From an uncultured Spirochaetota bacterium (GTDB lineage Bacteria > Spirochaetota > Brevinematia > Brevinematales > JAOACQ01), in NCBI GenBank assembly GCA_963835575.1, contig CAWIGG010000004.1, positions 352,001 to 416,000 of the forward strand: 64,000 nucleotides of DNA, written 5' to 3'. Shown here one piece after another: positions 30,625 to 39,429 of this stretch. The notes under the pieces were generated by a model that saw only the letters and a list, made by a program, of their open reading frames with translations, was not told where the DNA came from and ran no database searches. The translations under genes were made by a program, and so were the position numbers. How positions within the stretch are numbered: position 1 is the stretch's first letter; every line of letters starts with the position of its first letter.

Positions 30625-30960
30625 ATGGAAAAGGATATACCTGAAATAACAGTTAATTACAAAAAATCAGATTCTTATAGGTCATATCATGCTGATGGTT
30701 TTTTTGGGGGACTTACTCCAAGAGGTTATTTATATATGGAACCCTTTATTGATAGGAGAGTTACCCCCAAAACAATGGTTCATAAAATTATTGATGGAAG
30801 TATTGACTCTGGAACTGTAAAAGAATCTTTAGAGGGTACAATAAGAGAAATTGAATGTGGTATAATAATGGATTTTGAAACTGCTCGAACATTAAGAGAC
30901 TGGCTTGAAGGTAAAATTAAAGAATATGATGGAATAAAACTTATAAAAAAGGGGAAATAA
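30625..30960 (+). CDS. Hypothetical protein (possibly DUF3467-like) upstream of the TA pair
   Basis: AAGGAG RBS; HADGFFGG.TPRG and REIE.GIIMD motifs; stop abuts the next ATG. Confidence 0.6.
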   Translation: MEKDIPEITVNYKKSDSYRSYHADGFFGGLTPRGYLYMEPFIDRRVTPKTMVHKIIDGSIDSGTVKESLEGTIREIECGIIMDFETARTLRDWLEGKIKEYDGIKLIKKGK

Positions 30961-31248
30961 ATGAATAATTACCTATATGATTTAGATTTAATGTCTCAAG
31001 ATTCTTCTTACGGATGTTTTATTATAGGATTTAAAATAGGCAAATATGCTACAAAAGATGTGTATTCAATGATAGGAGCCCAGGCAATGTCAACATCATC
31101 ACTTGTTAAGCTATCTAAGGTATCAGGAATTCAAGTCGAACAAAAAATTCAGTTTAATGCTGGGTTTAGTTCTATGCTTGCAAGTGAAGAATCTTTAAAG
31201 AAAGAATGGTTGTTGCCTGAGGAGGATGAAGCTTGGAAAGATTTGTGA
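30961..31248 (+). CDS. Putative antitoxin (DUF2281-like C-terminus)
   Basis: LASEESLKKEWLLPEEDEAWKDL; overlaps the toxin start. Confidence 0.7.
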   Translation: MNNYLYDLDLMSQDSSYGCFIIGFKIGKYATKDVYSMIGAQAMSTSSLVKLSKVSGIQVEQKIQFNAGFSSMLASEESLKKEWLLPEEDEAWKDL

Positions 31249-31416
31249 AAGGGGAAGTTGTTGTTTTAGATTTCCCATTTTCAGATAGATCAAGGGTAAA
31301 AAGAAGGCCTGCTGTTGTACTTTCTGAGATTGAACAAAGTGGCGCGGTAGTAATAACTAATTTAGATGGAGAAGATATAATATTATGTCAAGTTACATCG
31401 GTAAATTATAAGGATG

Positions 31417-32812
31417 GAGTTTTTGTCAAATGTTGTGTATGACATACCCTCTCATTTTTTTATGCTGCCTTTTTTACAAGCTCTCCGTTCTCAAAAACAG
31501 CGCCTTCCAATACAAGGCTAATCTTTTCATAACCTCTTAATTTTCTCCATCGCCTGGATGCCTTATCCAGTAATTTATAGACCATTATTAGAATCGTTTC
31601 CCTGGTTCCGCAGCCTCTCATCTTTTTAGTTCTTAATCGAACTGTAGAGAAGGTAGATTCTATTACGTTTGTCGTACGGATATGTACCCAATGTTCCGCC
31701 GGACAGTTATAAAATTCGATCATAAGCTCCCAATCCTTTTCTAAACATTCGACAGCTGCTGGATATTTAGGATTAAAAACCGCCTGGAATAATTCAAAAG
31801 CTTTGATAGCATTATCCTTATCAGGAGCATTGCATATCTCATGAAGCATCTCTTTTGCCTTTGACTGTAATACTTTGGGCAGCTTGTTTAGAATGTTCTT
31901 TATCTTATGAACCCAGCATCTCTGCCATCTGGATTCAGGATATACTTCTTTGGCTGCTTTCCAGAATCCAAGGCTTCCGTCTCCGATAAAAAGAATAGGA
32001 CCTTTCAAACCTTTTTCTTTTAGGTTTCTTAATATCCCTAACCAAGTCTCGGAATTCTCTCTGTAACCTTCTTCAACAAGAATAATCTCCTTTTCACCAT
32101 TCTCATTGGCTCCGATCATTACAAGAGTGCATAAACGGTCTTCGCTGCCCTGTACATTGAAGTAAATGCCGTCAACCCATATATAGCAATACTTTTTATC
32201 GCTTAAATCGGATGTCCGCCACTCATCATATTCTTTACCCCATCCTTGTTTCATTCTGCTTATACTTGAGGCTGATAATCCTTTCGCTTCTTCACCAAGC
32301 AATCCTCTCAAGGCATTCTCCATATCCATCTCTGAGACTCCATAGAGATACAACAATGGAATGGCTTCCTCAATTCTCAGGCTTTTTCTCATATACGGCG
32401 GTACTATTAGGCTTTGAAAATTGTCGCCTCCGAGTCGGTTCCTTGTTCTCGGAATACATACATCAATAGCCCCTCCACCAATGAGAATCTGACGGGCTTT
32501 ATGATACCCATTTCTTACTATTGCCTTTCTCCCGTCTTCGATAGTTAAATGCTCTCTCTCCTGAAGAAACCCATTAATTTCATCTTCCAGAGCCTTCTTG
32601 ATTATTTCCCTGGCCCCGATCCTTGCCAATTCTTCAAGACATAAAAATTCTACTGTTTCATCTTGATTAAAAGCCTGTAAGAGCTTAAAATCTTCGTTGT
32701 GCTTCGGCATATGGCGTATTCCTCCTTTTGTTTATTGTCGTAAATAAATTATAGAGGGTACGCCATCTTTTTTATAATATTTATTCCTATACACAACTTT
32801 CTATTATAACTC
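31417..32812 (-). mobile_element. IS256-family insertion sequence, copy 2 (1396 bp)
   Basis: Same IRs as copy 1, inverted; 8-bp target duplication TAAGGATG. Confidence 0.95.
31460..32710 (-). CDS. IS256-family transposase
   Basis: Protein identical to 29228..30478. Confidence 0.95.
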   Translation of the reverse strand: MPKHNEDFKLLQAFNQDETVEFLCLEELARIGAREIIKKALEDEINGFLQEREHLTIEDGRKAIVRNGYHKARQILIGGGAIDVCIPRTRNRLGGDNFQSLIVPPYMRKSLRIEEAIPLLYLYGVSEMDMENALRGLLGEEAKGLSASSISRMKQGWGKEYDEWRTSDLSDKKYCYIWVDGIYFNVQGSEDRLCTLVMIGANENGEKEIILVEEGYRENSETWLGILRNLKEKGLKGPILFIGDGSLGFWKAAKEVYPESRWQRCWVHKIKNILNKLPKVLQSKAKEMLHEICNAPDKDNAIKAFELFQAVFNPKYPAAVECLEKDWELMIEFYNCPAEHWVHIRTTNVIESTFSTVRLRTKKMRGCGTRETILIMVYKLLDKASRRWRKLRGYEKISLVLEGAVFENGELVKKAA

Positions 32813-33117
32813 TAAGGATGCCATTGAAATTGATAATAAAGATTTTCAAGTTTTTAATCAAAATAAAAAATTAGATCACTTAAGTCATGTTAGACCAGAC
32901 AAATTATTTACTTTTTCAAAAAATGATATTAAATATAGTATAGGAAAATTAAATCAAAAAACAATAACTACTATTATTGATAAATTAATTGAAATAATAA
33001 AAAGATAATTGTTAAAGTTGATTATGTAATATTCACTTTTAATTATTCTACCAATTAAGGATCAGTCTGTACTTATAACCCCATCTAAAATCTGCATTAT
33101 AAGCAATGAACTTTATA

Positions 33118-33205
33118 CTTCGAAACTTCGTGTCTTCGTGTCTTTCTGTTAATTCCAAATCTTGATAATCCCGCATTATCCTGAAAATCCTGCTCTATTG
33201 GGGTC
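33118..33205 (-). repeat. Right arm, locus E (inverted)
   Basis: Reverse complement reads GACCCCAATAGAGCAGGATTTTCAGGATAATGCGGGATTATCAAGAT...ACAGAAAGACACGAAGACACGAAG. Confidence 0.85.
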
Positions 33206-33212
33206 CACAAAG

Positions 33213-34439
33213 TTATTTAATCTTTGTATAAAGCTCATGCTCGAACGGGAACGGCTCCAATGCCCTTGGAAGAAGCCCGTTCACATAAGCCAGGAACAGC
33301 CCGTAATTGACGGCATAAATGCCGTTCTGCTTTAAAAGATCCAGCTGACGCATGAGCGCATTCCTTGCCGCCATGCATCCGCCGCATGCGATGACCATAT
33401 AATAATCCTTGAGCTTCGATTCATCCGGCAGTGCATGGACCAGCTCGAATTCCGCCCGAGGCTGAATAAGCTGTCTGAAAAGGCGCGGGATTTTGACCGA
33501 CCCGATATCGTCCGCCTGCCTGTGATGGGAGCAGGCCTCAAAGATAATCACCTTGATATCCGGCGGCGCGCTTTTTAACGCGGCCAGGCTTTTGACAAAA
33601 TACGCCAGGTCCCATTTCTTCCGGGCAAAGAGGATCGAAAAAGACGTCATCGGCTGGTCGGGAGGGATATCCGCCGCCACTTTGTTGAAAACCTGGCTGT
33701 CCGTTATCACGAGCCTCGGCCTTTTCTTCAGGCCGTCGTAAAAATACTTCAGCTCCCTTTCCTTGACAACGAGCGCCGCGCAGTCCTTGTCCAGAAGATC
33801 GCGGATCGTTTCTACCTGCGGCAGGATCAGCCGCCCCTTCGGCGCCGCCAGGTCTATCGGTGTTACCAGGATAACAAGGTTGTTTTCCTCGACCAGCCCT
33901 TCCGCCGGCGTCATTTCCGGCTCCAGAAGCTTAGCGTATTGAATCAGCATCTGCTTGAGTTCAGGAACGCCCTTTTTTTTGATATTGTCTATCAGCACAT
34001 AGGAAGAATTTATCTTTTCCAGCCACTCTTTTTTCTGCGGCAGCATTTTTTTATCCGAGAACGTTACGGCCAGGACCCAATTTTTCCGCCGGGCGTTCAG
34101 TTTATCGGATATCTCTTCCTCTTCAACGGCGGGCAATGCGTTCGCCCGGGTGATCAGCACCGGGATATCCGCCCCGGCCAGGCTTTCAAGACTGCGGTCA
34201 ATCCTCAGTTTTCCCAGATCGCCTGTATCATCCAGCCCCGCCGTATCCGTCACGGCAACGGGACCGAGCCCGGAAAGTTCCATGCTTTTAGTTACCGGAT
34301 CGGTTGTCGTCCCGGGAACTTCCGATATGATTGAAACCTGTCTTTCAAAAAGATTATTCATCAATGACGATTTGCCGGAATTCCTGACGCCGAAGAGGAC
34401 GATCCTGAATTGCTCCGAAAGCGGGGTACTGTCTTTCAT
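33213..34439 (-). CDS. hydF: [FeFe]-hydrogenase maturation GTPase HydF
   Basis: GVRNSGKSS, GTTTDPV, DTAG, APKGRLILPQV, TDSQ, TSFSILFAR, CSHH and CGGC. Confidence 0.9.
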   Translation of the reverse strand: MKDSTPLSEQFRIVLFGVRNSGKSSLMNNLFERQVSIISEVPGTTTDPVTKSMELSGLGPVAVTDTAGLDDTGDLGKLRIDRSLESLAGADIPVLITRANALPAVEEEEISDKLNARRKNWVLAVTFSDKKMLPQKKEWLEKINSSYVLIDNIKKKGVPELKQMLIQYAKLLEPEMTPAEGLVEENNLVILVTPIDLAAPKGRLILPQVETIRDLLDKDCAALVVKERELKYFYDGLKKRPRLVITDSQVFNKVAADIPPDQPMTSFSILFARKKWDLAYFVKSLAALKSAPPDIKVIIFEACSHHRQADDIGSVKIPRLFRQLIQPRAEFELVHALPDESKLKDYYMVIACGGCMAARNALMRQLDLLKQNGIYAVNYGLFLAYVNGLLPRALEPFPFEHELYTKIK

Positions 34440-34609
34440 GAGTTCTCCTTAAGCTTTATTTTAAATCACGGGATATATTTTGACAATAAAAAGAAACACT
34501 TGTTAATAACAATAAAATTAATTAATCAAAATTTTATAAAAATATATTTTTACAGCTATAATATACTATGTTTTATAAAGTATAAAAACTTCATTATAAG
34601 GATATAAAT

Positions 34610-34816
34610 ATGAAAAGCGGAAAATGCCCGAAATGCGGCGGCGCGGATATAATTGAAATTCCGGGGTTAGCCGGCGCGTATGGAAATAATGTTCCTATTG
34701 GGATAACTTTTTTTTCCAGCGTAAAAGTAACCCGGTATTTATGCTCTCATTGCGGTTTTTCCGAGGAATGGATAATCAATAGCGGGGATATTGAAAAAAT
34801 TAAAAAAATATCATAA
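34610..34816 (+). CDS. Small zinc-ribbon protein
   Basis: CPKCG and CSHCGFSEEW. Confidence 0.7.
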   Translation: MKSGKCPKCGGADIIEIPGLAGAYGNNVPIGITFFSSVKVTRYLCSHCGFSEEWIINSGDIEKIKKIS

Positions 34817-34919
34817 AGAATGTGTGCCTTTTTCTCAGACAGGGCCATTTAAATATATTATTTGAATATTTTGTTGTTTACACAGGCGGCGGCAAGCCAT
34901 TTTACTTAAAGGAAAATAT

Positions 34920-35528
34920 ATGTATATTTATTTTATAAGGCATGGCGAAAGTTCTACAAATAAATTGCATATAATTTATAATCGCGGAAGTCTGCATGGT
35001 TTGACACAAAAAGGCAGACAACAAATGTTTCAATTATCAAAGGAATTAAAATCATTAAAATTTGATAAAATTATTTCAAGCCCTTTATTAAGGGCAATAG
35101 AAAGTTCTAATATACTGGCCGGTGAACTGAATTTGAAAATTGAACTATCCGAATCATTAAGGGAATATGATGTCGGCTTATATGATAATACCGGTTCAAC
35201 TGAAACATTTGATAGAGATACTGAAATATTGAAAGAATGGCTGATTAATAAAAATTGGGACATTTCATTTGAACAGGGTGAATCATATAAAAATATCGCC
35301 GATAGATTCATGAAATTAATGAATCCTATTGAAAAAGAAACAGATTTGAATTATATATTCATGAGTCATGGCGGATTGATCCAATGTATGCTGCCGTATT
35401 TGTGCAAAAATATAAGCTATGAATACAGTTTTGATAAATTTCTAAATAATGGAGAATATTCAATCATTCAATATGTAAATAATGAATTTTTATGTTTAAA
35501 ACACGGTAAAAATGATTTAAACAGTTGA
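34920..35528 (+). CDS. Histidine phosphatase family protein
   Basis: RHGES, SSPLLRA, LREYDVG and SHGG. Confidence 0.85.
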   Translation: MYIYFIRHGESSTNKLHIIYNRGSLHGLTQKGRQQMFQLSKELKSLKFDKIISSPLLRAIESSNILAGELNLKIELSESLREYDVGLYDNTGSTETFDRDTEILKEWLINKNWDISFEQGESYKNIADRFMKLMNPIEKETDLNYIFMSHGGLIQCMLPYLCKNISYEYSFDKFLNNGEYSIIQYVNNEFLCLKHGKNDLNS

Positions 35529-35658
35529 AACACCATTTATAGTTCTGTGTTTGCTTGCGGCAGGCAATGCAGTGAGTGGAGAAGCTTTATGGTTTTAAGG
35601 TTTCGTGAAAGCCGGCTATTGTACAAAATAACTGACAAAAGAAAAGAGGTTATAAATT

Positions 35659-36447
35659 ATGAATCATCTTAGATTATTACTTATTTTACTTTTCTGCTTT
35701 ATATTAAATAGTGCTCACTCTGAAACTCTTGATGAAAATTTATCAATCAATGAAATAAAGCCAAATTTATACATAGTCACGCATGCATATCCCTGGCCCG
35801 CAAATTCATTAGTATCAATCATGGAAAACGGGAATATTTTAATAATTGACACACCTTATACTCCGAAAGCGATGAAGTCAGTGTTAAATTGGATTTATAA
35901 AAAATTTGGAAAGAGAAATATTAAAGCTGTAAATACCCACTTTCATATAGATAGGCTGGGCGGCAATGAGGCATTAGTAAAAGCCGGGATTCCAATATAT
36001 AGTTCCGAATTAACCGCAAATTCTATTATGACAAGAGGCCGAAAATCAATCGATCTATTGAAGAGCCGGATAAAAGATGAAAAAATAAAATCATATTATT
36101 TGAATTTTAAATATACGCCTCCGACAGATATTTTTGATTCAAAAAAAGGGCTGACTCTGACATTCGGGAAAGAGAAGGCGGAAATAAAATATTATGGGCC
36201 CGGCCATTCAATTGATAACCTGGCAGTCTTTTTACCGGATAAAAAAACCATATTCGGCGGCTGTATGATTTTATCTTTAGATGCTGAAAACGCGGGTAAT
36301 GTCAGCGATGGGGATATAAATGAATGGAAAAGGACTATAAAAAAAATAGACACAAATAATTATGATCTGGTTATTCCAGGGCATGGCAGGGCCGGCGGTC
36401 TGGAATTAATTACACACACGGAAGAAATCTTAGAAACAAGCAAATAA
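35659..36447 (+). CDS. Subclass B1-like metallo-beta-lactamase
   Basis: Signal peptide; NTHFHIDRLGG, GPGHSIDN, FGGCMI, AGNVSD and IPGHG. Confidence 0.82.
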   Translation: MNHLRLLLILLFCFILNSAHSETLDENLSINEIKPNLYIVTHAYPWPANSLVSIMENGNILIIDTPYTPKAMKSVLNWIYKKFGKRNIKAVNTHFHIDRLGGNEALVKAGIPIYSSELTANSIMTRGRKSIDLLKSRIKDEKIKSYYLNFKYTPPTDIFDSKKGLTLTFGKEKAEIKYYGPGHSIDNLAVFLPDKKTIFGGCMILSLDAENAGNVSDGDINEWKRTIKKIDTNNYDLVIPGHGRAGGLELITHTEEILETSK

Positions 36448-36527
36448 TTGGATTTTAGACTTCCGATGCATCGGATGTCATAAAACACTTGCCGCCAGGG
36501 TCAATATCATATTCGGGATAAAAAATC

Positions 36528-37277
36528 ATGAAACTGACAGATCATTGTTTCGCCGTTACAGGATTATATTATATTCCTCCCTGGAGCGTAAACGCCGGCT
36601 TTATTATCGGGGAGAAAAAAACGCTCATTATCGATTCGGGAAGTAATTACATATCGGCGCAGACTATTTACGGATACGCAAAAACAGCAAAGCCGGATAA
36701 TGAGCTGCTGCTGATCAACACGGAAAGACATCTGGACCATATCGGCGGGAATAGTTATTTTTTTGAAAAAGGAATCAGTATTTACGGTCATTTCCTGATA
36801 AACAGAAATCAGAATGAATTAACATCGATGATTGATGATTTGAATCAATCTATTCCTCAAAGAATGAGAAAAGAGGCCAACGAAGGACTGATCGCGTTCG
36901 GCAATACTAGAATCGTTAATCCTGATCATAAAATAATGAATAACACGTCCATTGATCTGGGAGAAATTTCAGTCCGGGTTATATTAACACCCGGTCATAC
37001 TAAAACAAATCTTTCTGTTTTTCATGAAAAAGATAAAGTCATTTTCTGCGGGGACTGCATTTTACCGGAATTTATCCCGAACCTGGAAGAAGGCAATAGA
37101 CCGGAATGGAAAATATGGATTGAATCATTGGAAATTATTAAAAACCTGAATGGCGATATTCTTGTTCCCGGACATGGGAATGTTATTACCGGTAAAAGTA
37201 ATATTTTAAAAGAGATAGACCGGACAAAAGATGTGTTATTGAATGCGGTTGAACTTAATAAGGCTCCAATCGCATAA
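36528..37277 (+). CDS. MBL-fold hydrolase
   Basis: NTERHLDHIGGN, TPGHT, GD and PGHG. Confidence 0.8.
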   Translation: MKLTDHCFAVTGLYYIPPWSVNAGFIIGEKKTLIIDSGSNYISAQTIYGYAKTAKPDNELLLINTERHLDHIGGNSYFFEKGISIYGHFLINRNQNELTSMIDDLNQSIPQRMRKEANEGLIAFGNTRIVNPDHKIMNNTSIDLGEISVRVILTPGHTKTNLSVFHEKDKVIFCGDCILPEFIPNLEEGNRPEWKIWIESLEIIKNLNGDILVPGHGNVITGKSNILKEIDRTKDVLLNAVELNKAPIA

Positions 37278-37396
37278 TCTTTAGCCAACAAGGCTCCCCG
37301 GCCCTTCCGGCATATTTTGCTTTTAACATATCATTATCATTATATTCATCACTTAATAATCCCTGAATTTCAGTCCGGATTAATTTATATCTCCTC

Positions 37397-37446
37397 TTGA
37401 CAAATATTCTAACAATATGTTATAATATTAGAAAGTTAGAATATTT
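37397..37446 (+). promoter_or_regulatory. Promoter and palindromic operator of the TetR operon
   Basis: TTGACA-N18-TATAAT; 12-bp IR AAATATTCTAAC (37402) / GTTAGAATATTT (37435). Confidence 0.65.
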
Positions 37447-37458
37447 TGGAGGATTCCA

Positions 37459-38061
37459 ATGGCCTCTGATAAAAAGAATGAAATATTAGCGGCCGCGGGA
37501 AAATGCTTTGTCAGGTTCGGCTATGATAAAACAACCCTGGATGATATCGGCGAAATGGTCGGGATGAACAAGGTTTCGTTATATTATTACTTTAAGAATA
37601 AGGATGCCATATTTACCGAAGTCATAACCAGGGAAGCCGATGAATACAGCGAGGCCATGAAAAAGAATGTGGAAACCCTCAGCGGCTGCCGGGAAAAGAT
37701 CCTGGCCTGGATTGAAGAAGGCTTTAAGTACAATCAGGGCAACAGCATTTTACGCCAGCTGTCTTTTGAGACTTTAAAAAGCCTCCGTCCTCAATTGGAA
37801 GAATTAAAGGAATACGCCAAGAAAAAAGGAACGGAATATCTTGCGTCCATTCTGAAAGACTGCAAAACTCGCGGCGAGATCACGGACTGTGATGTCAATA
37901 TGGCCGCGGAAGCCATTCATAACGTTATATATGCCTTGAAAGACAACGCTTATATGCGGTCAAAATCAAATCTGAATAACGAGGCCGACTTTTCCGGGAT
38001 GGTAAAGGAAATCCTCTTTACCGTTTCCTTGATACTTGACGGTATAATCATAAAAAAATAA
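37459..38061 (+). CDS. TetR/AcrR-family regulator
   Basis: ILAAA..F...GY..TT..DI....G.....LYYYFKNK HTH. Confidence 0.9.
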   Translation: MASDKKNEILAAAGKCFVRFGYDKTTLDDIGEMVGMNKVSLYYYFKNKDAIFTEVITREADEYSEAMKKNVETLSGCREKILAWIEEGFKYNQGNSILRQLSFETLKSLRPQLEELKEYAKKKGTEYLASILKDCKTRGEITDCDVNMAAEAIHNVIYALKDNAYMRSKSNLNNEADFSGMVKEILFTVSLILDGIIIKK

Positions 38062-38076
38062 AAAGGAGGGCTATCT

Positions 38077-38511
38077 ATGCCTGGAATAAAGGAAGAAGTT
38101 TTTTTAAATTGCCAGCCCGAAACAGCTTTTAGAGAATATTCGGATGTGAATTTTATTTCAAAAATCGGTGCGGCTATCGGAATTACAGAAAACGAAATAA
38201 TTTTCCTGAATGACCGGCTGGTAAAGTTTGATACCAAAATCAAATATAACAATAATATTCTGTCATTATCATCCGAGAGAATCCTTATTCCTGAAAACCT
38301 TACCATCGTGACCCGAAGAACCAACGTTCCGATGCTCAAGTACAATGTGATAATCAACACTTTTAAAAAACATGAAGCGGGAACAATTATGATGCATATC
38401 GATGAATTTGAAACTGAAGCCCCCAACCCTGAAGCGGACGGTCAATCCCTGTCACGCTTGAAAATGACCACCAAACAGCTGATGGACAAGGTAACGGCAT
38501 ATTTTAAGTAA
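38077..38511 (+). CDS. Hypothetical protein, possibly SRPBCC/polyketide-cyclase-like
   Basis: 144 aa, AGGAGG RBS, beta-rich with a C-terminal helix. Confidence 0.45.
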   Translation: MPGIKEEVFLNCQPETAFREYSDVNFISKIGAAIGITENEIIFLNDRLVKFDTKIKYNNNILSLSSERILIPENLTIVTRRTNVPMLKYNVIINTFKKHEAGTIMMHIDEFETEAPNPEADGQSLSRLKMTTKQLMDKVTAYFK

Positions 38512-38533
38512 TTTCGATTATGGGGAGGTTATT

Positions 38534-39379
38534 ATGACCGATATGAAAGGTAAGATCTGCCTGATAACCGGCGCGACAGGCGGGATCGGTAAAGCGGCGG
38601 CGAAGACGCTTGCCGATACGGGCGCATCAATTGTCATTGTCGGACGAAACAAGGAAAAAACTGCCCGGATTGCCGGTGAGATCAGGTCATCCGGTAATCA
38701 AAACATCGATTATTTAACTGCGGACTTATTATCGCAGTCAGACATCCGGAAACTTGCGGATGAGTTCAAGAAAAAATATAATAAACTTGATGTCCTCATC
38801 AACAATGCCGGAGCGATATTCAAGGAACGGAAGCTGACTGTTGACGGCATCGAAAGGACCTTCGCCCTCAATGTACTGGCCCCATTCCTTTTGACAAATC
38901 TGCTCCTGGATACTATAAAGGCCGGTTCCCCGGCGCGAATTATCAATGTATCATCCGCCGCTCATACATCAGGTAAAATAGAATTTGACAATCTGCAGAG
39001 CGAAAAATCCTGGAATTTCAGGGCTTACGGAAGCTCAAAACTGGCATTGCTTTTATTTACAGCCGAACTGGCTCGCCGGCTTCAAGGCACAGGCATTACA
39101 GTGAACGCCCTTCATCCGGGTTTTGTCAATACAAACTTCGGCAGTGAATTTAAAGGTTTTATAGCCGTACTGTTCAATATAGGCAAGAGATTATTAAGTA
39201 TTTCCCCGGAAAAAGGTGCCGAAACAATTGTTTACCTGGCGTCTTCACCGGAAGTCCGGGATATTACCGGGAAATATTACGCAAAATCCAGACAGGCCGA
39301 AGCTGCACTGGAAGCTTCAGATAGGAATTCGGCCGGAAGATTATGGGACATTTGCACTGGATTGACGCATCTGGTCTAA
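38534..39379 (+). CDS. SDR oxidoreductase (retinol-dehydrogenase-like)
   Basis: TGATGGIG, NNAG, NVSS, YGSSK and LHPGFV. Confidence 0.9.
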   Translation: MTDMKGKICLITGATGGIGKAAAKTLADTGASIVIVGRNKEKTARIAGEIRSSGNQNIDYLTADLLSQSDIRKLADEFKKKYNKLDVLINNAGAIFKERKLTVDGIERTFALNVLAPFLLTNLLLDTIKAGSPARIINVSSAAHTSGKIEFDNLQSEKSWNFRAYGSSKLALLLFTAELARRLQGTGITVNALHPGFVNTNFGSEFKGFIAVLFNIGKRLLSISPEKGAETIVYLASSPEVRDITGKYYAKSRQAEAALEASDRNSAGRLWDICTGLTHLV

Positions 39380-39429
39380 ACAGACTGTCCGGCAAAAAGC
39401 AAAAATAAGGAATGAATAGGAGATTTAAT

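Larger units (their letters stand above)
31233..33008 (+). pseudogene. PemK/MazF-family toxin interrupted by IS256 copy 2
   Basis: GEVVVLDFPFSD..KRRPAVV..CQVTS; removing the IS and one TSD rejoins the frame to AIEIDNKDF..SHVRPDKLFT..IIKR, stop at 33008. Confidence 0.9.

Noticed and set aside
29126..32812. A single composite transposon inserted as a unit
   Set aside because: Each IS has its own distinct TSD and the outer flanks do not share one.
4987..33205. Periodic repeats as CRISPR arrays
   Set aside because: Units are 7-10 bp with no unique 25-45 bp spacers, and there are no cas genes in the window.
34816..36527. Integron cassette array / attC sites between co-oriented AT-rich genes
   Set aside because: Intergenic segments (e.g. 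35529-35658) are vaguely attC-like, but I found no intact RYYYAAC...GTTRRRY pair with complementary arms and no integrase. IntegronFinder would settle it.
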